64,000 nt of DNA from Blasia pusilla (Eukaryota), in assembly GCA_050084515.1 (NCBI GenBank), contig CM114271.1, positions 30,814,001-30,878,000 of the forward strand, written 5' to 3'. The notes beneath the pieces are model-generated. The model ran no database searches and was not told the origin of the DNA. It saw only the letters and a list, made by a program, of their open reading frames with translations. Positions 22,290-32,479 of this stretch are shown piece by piece. The stretch's first letter is position 1, and every line of letters begins with the position of its first letter. A program made the translations under genes and the position numbers.

Positions 22290-25200
22290 TGTTGGAATAT
22301 GTAAATGGCAACAAGCCAAGCGTAAATACTACACACCACACTCAAGGTAAATGATGCAAGCCAACTTGACCGTTGCATGCTACAATGTTAACTTAGATGC
22401 GTGTTGCTCATGTATTAAATATACCACACAATAAAGTGCTATGACTACAAATTTCCACTTAGCAATTATGTTGAAAATATGGTATCAGAGTTGGTTAAAG
22501 GTAAGATCTCTAACCAATTTCACACGAGCTCAAACTGAACTACCTGTCTGAGTTCTTATGTGAGTTACTTCTTACTCCCAAGAGTGGAACTCACATATGG
22601 ATAGAAGATAGGATAGAACTCTAAACCCTTCTTACAAGAACAAATAGTATGAACATTTAGGTTAAGAGTCTAGAAAATTCTATACCTGATTTTTCTTTTT
22701 TCACATGGATAGACATGAAGCTAAGAGAAGAGGAAGGAGACTAGCTAGCATCATAAGTTGATCATCTAGAAGCACAAAGGACCAGCAAGATCGTAGTGAG
22801 CACCTATCACGATCAAAGTTGAAGAGCCTTACCCAGAGACCTCCAAGGAAGGTTGGACAATACTTGAAGCGGATCATGCTAGTACAAGCATGACCAAAAA
22901 TTGGCATTGTAGAGGCAATTTACTCAATGAAGATGAGCTTGACCTCGACTATGTATTCTCACCTAAGCCCTATGAAAGAGATCAGAGACAATTTGGCAGA
23001 AGTCAAGATCTGAATTGATAATGAAACCATGGTGGCCACCTTGATGAATAGTGTGGCCCATGATTCTTATGGGGACTTCATAAACTATCTAGCCATGAGA
23101 GAAAAGATGCCTACTTTGCTTAACCTATGTACCCTCCTACTTCACAAAGAGAGGAGACGCAACAACCTTGCCGCCCAAGAAGGACGAGAATTGGGACATA
23201 GCACATTATTCAACCAATAGAAGGGGACATTCCTGCGCGTGTTGATATGAAGAAAAGAGATCACAACAGCGTGACACATCCGGACCAAAGGCCCAAACCT
23301 TGTGCACCACCATGAAGAAGTTCAATAATAAGACCTATAGCATTGTCAGCAAGAAAGAATGCACAATATGTGGTAAGATTGGTCATGATTCAAATCAATG
23401 TTGGTATAGGAATGATCGCCATAATTGATCGATGAGACCACAAGAAAAGAAAAGAATTGAAGATTCCTTGCCGAGAATGCAAGAACTAGTTGAGCACTCA
23501 TTCCAAAAAGTGAAGTTAATGCTTGTACACTTATCTTTGCATTGGTTACCACAAAAACCAAATGGAAATGTGGTTCATTGATAGTGGTGTCAATAACCAC
23601 ATGATTAAGCATAAAGGTTGGTTTGCATCTTACAAACCTTTGATGAATGGACCTGAAGTATCAATGGGAGATCGCTCCATCCATTCTGCTATTGGGGAAG
23701 GAGATGTGCAAGTGACATTGCCTTTGGGTGAAAACTATACTATTAAAGATGTGTGGCATATCCCAACCTTAACACACAACCTCATTTCCATCGGCCAAAT
23801 CACCAAAAAAGAGAAGATTAGGGTTGTCATTCATTCCACAAGATGTGAGTTCTTACAAGAGCCTAAAAAACTATGTTCCTGCCCGAGGAGTAAGGTATGG
23901 ATGACTATGTCAACTTCTTAGCAAGCCAATCCCTCAACTATTTGAAAAATCTTCAAGCCGACTAAAAGTTTGGCATAAATGACTTCAACACCAAAGGCCT
24001 TAAGTTGTTCAGCAAAGACAACATGGTTGCACGACTACCCATTTTGAATGGAAAGCTATCCACTTGTGACACATACTTACATGGCAAGCAATCTAGGAAA
24101 AAAATTGACAAATAGACCTTCTCGCAAGCTCCTACTCCTCCTGCCTAGTCCACATTAACCTTGGAGGATCAATTCAAAACGCTTCAATATTTGGGGCAAG
24201 GTACTATGTGCTATTAGTTGATGGCCATTCAAGATTTCTATGGGTTTCTTTCTTGCAACACAAATTTGATGCATTAGATGTATTCAAGAAATTTCTTACC
24301 ATGATGAGAACTGAAAGGGCCGTAACATTGGAATCCTTGCATCTACACCTTAGCGAACTCCCCTCAGAGGTGAAGATGATACGAATAGACAAGGCAGGTG
24401 AATTCATAGGGAAAACATTTGAGATCTTTTGTTGTGCTTGTGGCATCCATCATCAAGTGACTACTGCCTATACCTCACAACAAAGTCGTGTTGTCGAGAG
24501 GAGGGATTGAACGATAGTTGAGATAGCGAGGTGCGTGTTGAAGGAGTGAGATCCCCCCAACTACCTCTAGACAGAGGCTAATAGCACAACTACCTACATC
24601 TTGAACAAGAGACCAACAAGGGCTTTGGAGGAGAAAACACCTGAAAAAGTCTTCACTAGTGTCAAACCAAATGTCGCATAGCTTTGCATCTTTGGATGTG
24701 TACCTTATGCACATATATCAAAAGAATTGAGAAGAAAACTTGATGATAAAAGTGTACGATGTCTATTTATTGGCTATGGCACTAGAGAGAAATCTTATAA
24801 CGTCTTTTCCCACGAGCATCACAAAATGTTTTTGAGGCATAACGTCATATTTTATGAAGCCACTCCCCACTCGAAAGAGCATCAATCAAACGACCAAGAG
24901 TGGTCTCAAACCTCCAACGACGAGGGATCATAAAACGAATATGACAAGGATACACCATCTTATGGATCCACAACTTATATTGATCCACCACTAACACTTG
25001 CTCAAGGAGAGCAAATATTAGACCTAGAACACTCACTTTCAATACCACCTCTACAAAACTCAAGTCGACAACGACAACTTCCTTCTAACTTACGTGAGGA
25101 TTACATTCTACTCCTAGTTCTCTTTCTAAATCATGTACCATATCACCAAACTCCCATTGAGCCTCCATCATTCCAAGAGACGTGCACTAATCCACAATGA

Positions 25201-25938
25201 TAACATGCAATAACCAAGGAGTACAATATCATATTTGTCAACCGAACATGGGACCTCGTTCATCTTCCATGAGGGAGAACTATCATCCTTACAAAGTCTG
25301 TTTATAAATGTAAGTATAATGTTGATGGATCATTGTTCAAGGCAAGGCAAGGTAACATCGGACTATGATGAAATATATGGATCAATTGCAAAGATGACCA
25401 CAATTCCAATGAACATTTCTCTTGCAATCATGTGTGATTAGTCACTACTCGACATGGATTCCTTCTCGAATGAGATTCTGGAAGAAAGAAGTGTATCTAC
25501 TACAACCTCAAAACTTTATTGCTCTTGGGTCTTGATACTTTTTTATTTCAGGACTTAGTAGAGGGCTAATGGTTGAACTTCGTTGCACCCAATCACGATC
25601 AATTCAGTTTATTTGTCCCGAAACCCACTTTTCCTTATCTCTTGGTTCAAGAAAAAGTTTCCTATGAGGACACTAATATTGCGTGGTGTCCGGCAGAGGA
25701 GAAGGTTGCTGACACTTTCAAGATTTCGAGCACTCCTAGGTGTTTTGGATTCGCTGTAGAAGTAGTTCCGTTTAGGGAGGATGTTAACAAGCCAAACTTA
25801 AGCGCTGCACACGACACTAAACGCTGCAAGGCAACTTGTGCCCTGCAACTATCACTTAGTTGCGGCTCATGTATGCAACAGACTACATAATGCAGTGCCG
25901 TGACTACTCATTTCCGCTCAGCAATCCCGCTGGAAATA
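22290..25938 (+). mobile_element. Decayed Ty1/Copia LTR retrotransposon; 5' LTR about 22290-22478, PBS 22480-22490, PPT 25774-25781, 3' LTR about 25782-25938; RT/RNaseH largely deleted
   Basis: PBS TGGTATCAGAG (tRNA-iMet type); gag knuckle CTICGKIGHDSNQC; protease WFIDSGVNNHM; integrase LVDGHSRFLWV...IRIDKAGEF...AYTSQQSRVVERR; KLDDKSVRCLFIGY; RNase H tail EEKVADTF; polypurine AGGGAGGA followed by TGTT; the two LTRs align by eye. Confidence 0.9.
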
Positions 25939-26193
25939 AAGTAGACAAGCGCAGATTAGTATACTTCCCCATCTTCACGACCACCTATTTGGGCTATCTC
26001 GAGAACTTCGAGGTTTCAAATCTTATCTCCAGAGCATATTTCGTCCGTCCTTCATTCTGGTTCCCAACCAAAACCTCTCCAATTCCGGTGAAGTTTCAGA
26101 CTCGCCAATCTAAACTCTGTCGAAATTCCTCTGAAGTTTGGATTATAAGGAATCTCTGGAAGTAGCGCGCACACAAACGTAAGATGGAGACGT

Positions 26194-28506
26194 CTAGGAA
26201 TCAAATGACCTTTGATTCCTGCAGTCCAAGTTCTCGCCTGGGTTGACGGAACCCAGCTCACGGCAGAACTTTCGGTAGTACTCGACACGTCGGTCGGCTT
26301 CCGCAGAGTTCTGGTTGCACTCCAGCCTTCCATTGATGATATTGATGGTCACTCCAAATCCTGGACGTCTGTTGGCAGCGTTGTCGTTGCTGGTTGGAAT
26401 CCAACTGCCAGTCATCACGGCGTGGCAAGAGGGTTTGTTCCATTGAGTTGTAGACCAGAACCAGATGGCGGACTTGAATGCCATCACTCCCTCCCTGGCA
26501 ACTCGCTCGGGCTGGCTCAAGAGATTCTCACGGATTGCGTCACCGAATTGTCCGTAGTTGAAGTTCCTGCTCACACACGTGTTTCCAAACCATTGAGATG
26601 GCACATGTCTGCTCTAACGCGTAATATGTAATGTTCAGGTTTTGCACTGAACAATGTAGAGTAGCAGGTCCTCACCACACACAACTCTCATATATATAAT
26701 GCATCGCAATCTCCTTGAGAAATCTACACACGTGTTTCATCACATTGTACACAGATCCCGAGCATGAGAGCCCCATCACACACGGATTACGGGTTTTCCG
26801 TCCACCTGTTACATTTAGGAATGGGAGACAAGCCTTTTTGGTGAAGGTGGACAACTTCTAACGAAACTCAATGGCTCGTGAAGGTGGTAGATTCCAACAA
26901 ACTCTCGTGCATGTATGAACCCAAGACCAGGCTTAATGGAACTGAGGGAGCCATGGTGGGTGTCTTGAAACGCTGTAACTGGCGTCCGCAACTAGCACAT
27001 GGAGTGGAAGAGCTCTAGACGAAGAGCAAGTCCCGTCAGAACCACGTAAGAGTCCAAGATCTCGACCCTATGTTAGTTAGAATGTGGAAGATCATTCCTT
27101 GTTGTAGGAGTCGTTTCATATACTGATGTTACAAGGATGTGACAGTTTAAGTAATAGTTAAGTCACGGTTGACAGGTGAGGTAACGGCTGTAAGTAGAAT
27201 GTGTATCAAGCAACAACTGTTTTCGTTGATTGGTATAAGGTTTCTCGTGACTGAGACATCTTGTTCCAGATTTGTTCATGCAATCTCATAAATGCCTGAG
27301 GGGCTCCTTAGTTGAGGGCCACTGTGAGTATCGTGTTAGTTCGTTCGTGGAGAGTGAGTGAAGGCTTCTTTACCTACACACTCGTGATTCACGAGTACTA
27401 ACTACAGCACAGTATGTAATATTGAGAGTATGAGAGTATTGATAGAAAAATGGACCTTCAGTCCATCCATCAACAATCGGTCGAATGGTACCTAGCCAAC
27501 CTGGAGATGGATTGCTCGAAGCTATAGATATAGACCGGTGCACATGAAAAAAAATTGTCGGGAAACCGTGACCCCATCTATCTTACCAGGAGAGCTGCAG
27601 AGGACCACGTCCGAAGTATCTCTTTCCTGGTACACAAGGCCACTCAGACTTCCCATCGCAGTAGTCCCCTTGCGGATTGATCTCCTCCACGTACCTCAGT
27701 CCTGTCCAAATTATGCAAAACCACGAAAGCAATTCCCATTTTATCCCCGGTAGGTTCCAGCCAGCTAGCAATATCAGGTATAGAGTTCACGAGTCTTCGA
27801 TGGAGTCAGTATGAACGAACACAATAATTCCTAATGGCAGGCACTGCCTAGTTAGCTCTAGCTAGCTACCATAAATGCAATTCAAAGCTCGAGGTCTGGA
27901 TCGATCCCAGAGCGGACTACAGATACATGAGTTTATGACGTTAGGCAATTCCCAGGGGATGAAATCTAGCTCTATCGATGTCCTGATCATAGATTGTCTA
28001 CAACAGTACGCTGAACACTTGTAATCGACATCTGGAGGAGCTGAAGAGAATTGATAACTACCGGTGGTTTCATGATCGATATGGGCCAGAAAAGCAGCGA
28101 TTTCTCTCTTCTTCTGTCCATCGTCACCGGTTGTTCCAAAGCGAGGAAATTCTTCAGCAGCACGGATGAAAGCATCGTAGGTATACACGGAGTGTCGATT
28201 GGGGAATTGCGTCTCGAAGAAATTTCTGGAGACTATGTCCTGGACTCTGCCCTCACCAGGACTAGGTCCCGCTCCTCCACCACCACTGCAAGGCCCACTC
28301 TGGCAACCCTCACCACAGTAATCATCATCAAATCCACAGTAGCTCCACTTGCTGCAGCACGCATTGTTGTCACACAGTGCGAAATTCCCCTCCCTCCCAC
28401 ACTGCTGTGCTTCACATACTGACAGCAAGAAGGGAGCCACTACTGCTGCTGCCACCATCACCACCAGCACCGTGGGATTATCGCGCCTCCCCATCATCGA
28501 TGGCAT
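26194..28506 (-). CDS. GH19 chitinase with signal peptide and CBM18 (hevein) domain, 3 exons: 28506-28062, 27701-27587, 26566-26194; 310 aa
   Basis: Hevein domain [40 protein letters not shown]; Gly/Pro linker; GH19 motifs [52 protein letters not shown]. Exon phases are consistent. The start could be any of the nearby Met codons. Confidence 0.95.
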
Positions 28507-29595
28507 CTTCTTGCAGAGGCTGAAACAAACACTTCCACTGGATCGAACTTTTACTCGGTTCAGGTCCTTTCTCGACCCAACATCGCTTGAGACTGTGTGA
28601 GTGCAAAGCATAAAACGCGGCCATCTTATACCTACTGCTGAGAACCCCGCGCACCACCTTCTTTGCTTTACGAAGCTGTTACAACGCGTATGCCAATTTT
28701 GACCGCTCCGGTTTGAGCCGACCCAAGGTCTCTTGCCACTGACATGTGAGACTTCTCCTGCCCTCCTGCGACCTGTCACAGGAGGTCACGCACCTCCCTG
28801 ATCTAGGACTACGCACAAGCGCTAGCATATTCCGTAGTAAAGTAATAGGGGACGCCTCAGAGGGTTTATTTTAAATCAACTAGGGGGAATAATCCACGGT
28901 TGAAGTTTAATTAAATTTTTATTTTTATTTTTTAATTTCTTTTTGCTAAATTAATCGGAGGGCTTCATTTGAACAGCTTGTATTTGAATGAGACATGATT
29001 TTTTTTTTACTTGGGACACTTGTCAGTTCGGAAGTAAAAGAGGAAACTTTTTGATGTAACCAGCTGTATTAAGACACTTGTGAACTTCCTAGCTCTAGCT
29101 CATTGCATATAAATCATCCGCGTCCCTAAGTTGGAGTAGACTCAACGCAGGTGTCAGGGAATTGAAGAAGGTGGTGGTGAAGAAAGTGGCGGCAAAGTGG
29201 AGGCAGCATCAAGGTGTTGGAAAATTTGGAGAAAGCTTATCGAACCAAGAGGGTAAATCTCTGTTTCCAAGTAGGAATTGGTTTGGATTGTTTTACTTCC
29301 GCGTGGGTTTCTCCATGTGAAAGAGGAGAAGCGCTCTCTCGCTCACAAAATCTTCGAACAAGCTGGCTGCAAACGAATTCCAAGAATTCGTGACTTGTCA
29401 GTGTAGGAAGTAATTTTCGTCAGATCAGACTTCGTAAGTTTGCAATTTCCCATTCTGATTTGCTTCAGAGGAGCGGAGAACTAGCCGCACTACATCTTTG
29501 TGTCAACGAATCACAGGGCCTCCCTGACTCACTTCATTCGCGTTGGCGTATCGCAATCACGGGGAGTCTGTAATCGACTCTGTGTAGGCAGGCCT

Positions 29596-29690
29596 ATGTA
29601 ACATTGTCTTTTACTCGATTCCTTAAGTTCCACACGATGAGAAACTCATCATGTGGAACTTAAGGATTTGAGAGGAGAAAGTTAACATGG
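29596..29690. other. Stem-loop: 22-bp near-perfect core with imperfect extension; candidate pre-miRNA or small foldback element
   Basis: TCCTTAAGTTCCACACGATGAG-AAA-CTCATCATGTGGAACTTAAGGA (29620-29666, one mismatch), with further pairing in the flanks. Confidence 0.5.
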
Positions 29691-30599
29691 ATCCTCTGAT
29701 TGGAATTTATGAATCTGTAAGCTAGATTGAGAGCTGACGTTTCTTGAGAGAAATTGTAGAGAGGAGCTTGGCCAGCTCTTGCTTCCCACTGCCGTCCTCT
29801 TACCGCTCCTAGACTCCAACTTCAAAATTTTTTGAATACGAGATTGTTATCTTCGGAGGTGTGGGACTCGGTCCTCTTTTATCTCGAGAAAAAGTACCAA
29901 AGACAATCTTCTGTTTGCACTACTCACATTTTAGGTTTATCCTTGGACTTTCGCTAGAAGTAGACTTTAGCATTGTCCCATCTCTCTCTTTGTCTTCAAG
30001 AATTCTCTACATGAAGTGAGAATCCGCATGCTCACTTCACGCCATGATCAAGCTGGAGGACATTGCAAAGCTAAAAGAATAGTAAAACAACCTCTGCGGC
30101 GTTCACTCAGAACAACCTACGCCACGGGGTATTCTATTTTTGAAATGCCAATTCGACCAAGAATTCTTTGAATTTCATCCACATTGTTCCAGTTAGACTC
30201 TATCATCAACAAACGAGTGTCCCGTCAAGAAACGTCCCTCACAGTGACCAATGACCAATCAGCTGTTTTGCTCTCACTCGCTCAAGAGCCTGAAGGGAAT
30301 TCCCTTGCCCTTCGACTCTCCATCGCTTGCCCTCTAACTCTCACTCCTTTGGATGGCATCTTTTTCTCTCCCGTCTTCTCTCCTTTTTTATGGCGTATAT
30401 CTCTATCCTATCTCTCTCTTTGTCTTCGGACGACATTTTTCTTTTTCTGTATAAGATCCTCCGCCATCTTCGATCTTCTCTTGTGGCTGGCTGCAGCGGA
30501 CGTCTGACCCACGCACCTCTACCATATGCGCATATTTTTGGTGACTACATGTAGGGTCTTTTGGATGGGAACATCAGTATCCAAAATTTATCATGCGTT

Positions 30600-32045
30600 G
30601 CTTAGGCGTTTCCGTCCGTCGCTTGAGTGGATGCGTTGGAGCTCCACAAGAGTAGTGTTCCTCAAGCATTTTCGTCCGTCCTTTGAGTTGGAGCTCAGCT
30701 TCTCTCAGCTGTTGGATTCTTATTTGCTTCTCTCTCTGCGAACGAAATAGAGGAAGAGTATTGTTCCTTCGTCATTTTCGTCCATACTGTGAGTTGGATC
30801 TCCGCTTCCCTTAGCTGCTCGAACGAAATAGAGACACTTTTGTCCGTCCTGTGAGTGGGATGCGTTGAAGCTCTGCTTCTCTCAACAATTGAATTCTAAC
30901 GAAATAGAGGTATTTTCGTCCATCCTGTGAGTGGGATGCGTTGGAGCTCGCTTCTCTCAGCAATTGAATTCTAACAAAATAGAGGTATTTTCGTCTGTCT
31001 TGTGAGTGGGATGCGTTGGAGCTCCGCTTCCCTCAGCAGTTGAATTCTAACGAAATAGAGGCATTTTCGTCCGCCTCAGAGTTGGAGCTCAGTTGTTGGA
31101 TTCTCATTTGCTTCTCTCTCTGCGAACAAAATAGACGAAGAAAGTATGTTAGCCTGTAGTGTCATACTCCAAGTTGTGTTGGAGTTATGCTATGCATCAG
31201 TCCACATCAATGGCACAGATCACCACCCAATAATAGCACGGAGCAGCAGTTGAATTCTAACGAAATAGAGGCATTTTCATCCGCCTCTGAGTTGGAGCTC
31301 AACTGTTGGAGCTCCACAAGAGTAGTGTTCCTCAAGCATTTTCATCCGTCCTCTGAGTTGGAGCTCAGCTTCTCTCACTTGTTGGATTCTTATTTGCTTC
31401 TCTCTCTGCGAACGAAATAGAGGAAGAGTATTGTTCCTTCGTCATTTTCGTCCGTACTGTGAGTTGGATCTCCGCTTCCCTCAGCTGCTCGAACGAAATA
31501 GAGGCACTTTCGTCCGTCCTATGAGTAGGATGCGTTGGAACTCTGCTTCTCTCAACAATTGAATTCTAACGAAATAGAGGTATTTTCGTCCGTCCTGTGA
31601 GTGGGATGCATTGGAGCTCCGCTTCCCTCAGCAGTTGAATTCTAACGAAATAGAGGCATTTTCGTCCGCCTCTGAGTTGGAGCTCAGTTGTTGGATTCTC
31701 ATTTGCTTCTCTCTCTGCGAACAAAATAGACGAAGAAAGTATGTTAGCCTGTAGTGTCATACTCCAAGTTGTGTTGGAGTTATGCTATGCATCAGTCCAC
31801 ATCAATGGCACAGATCACCACCCAATAATAGCACGGAGCAGCAGTTGAATTCTAACGAAATAGAGGCATTTTCGTCCGCCTCTGAGTTGGAGCTCAACTG
31901 TTGGATTCTTATTTGCTTCTCTCTCTGCGAACAAAATAGAGGAAGAAAGTATGTTAGCCTGTAGTGTCATACTCCAAGTTGTGTTGGAATTATGCTATGC
32001 ATCAGTCCAGAGCAATGGCACATATCACCAACCAATAATAGCATG
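30600..32045. repeat. Higher-order tandem repeat array built from about 75-bp subunits
   Basis: Recurrent CGAAATAGAGG(T/C)ATTTTCGTCC...GTTGGAGCTC...GTTGAATTCTAA units. The block starting at 30636 is repeated at 31306. GAAGAAAGTATGTTAGCCTGTAGTGTCATACTCC occurs three times (about 31137, 31732, 31942). Confidence 0.95.
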
Positions 32046-32479
32046 GATCATCGAGGGAGCAAGAGTCTGTACGTGGGTTGTTTGTTCTCCATCAGCGCCC
32101 ATTAATGGCACGGCCCACCGAGGGAGCAGGAATGTGTAGGCAATCTGGTCGATGGGCCAGAGCAATGAGCTAAGTCCCAATGTAAACCTAATTGTGTTCG
32201 TAGCAGGATTCGATCCCCGCCCACTTGATCCGAAGCCGACGACCCGGCCCTAATGGCGTAGGCCTGCTAGATGTTGGAAAGAGGGGGATTCTAGATTTTA
32301 TGTATGAAAATAGTTTTTTCCCTGCTCAGATCACGTTCTCTTACAAATATCATAGCCTTTTTCTTATGTGAGCTTTATGAAATTATACAAATAGTGAGGT
32401 TTTTCTTACTTGAAATATCTAATTTATATTGATATTTTAATTTGCTCTTGTTAAGTTTGCAGTGTCGAATTGAGCCTAA

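Noticed and set aside
28507-28779. N-terminal extension of the chitinase ORF in the ORF track
   Set aside because: Starts at a non-ATG codon upstream of a clear signal peptide; more likely promoter and 5' UTR.
30600-32045. CRISPR-like array
   Set aside because: The sequences between the recurrent motifs are themselves repeated, there are no unique spacers or cas genes, and the context is eukaryotic.
30526-32139. Repeated short ORFs (MLCISPHQWHRSPPNN...) as a peptide gene family
   Set aside because: By-products of the tandem array; frames are not maintained across subunits.
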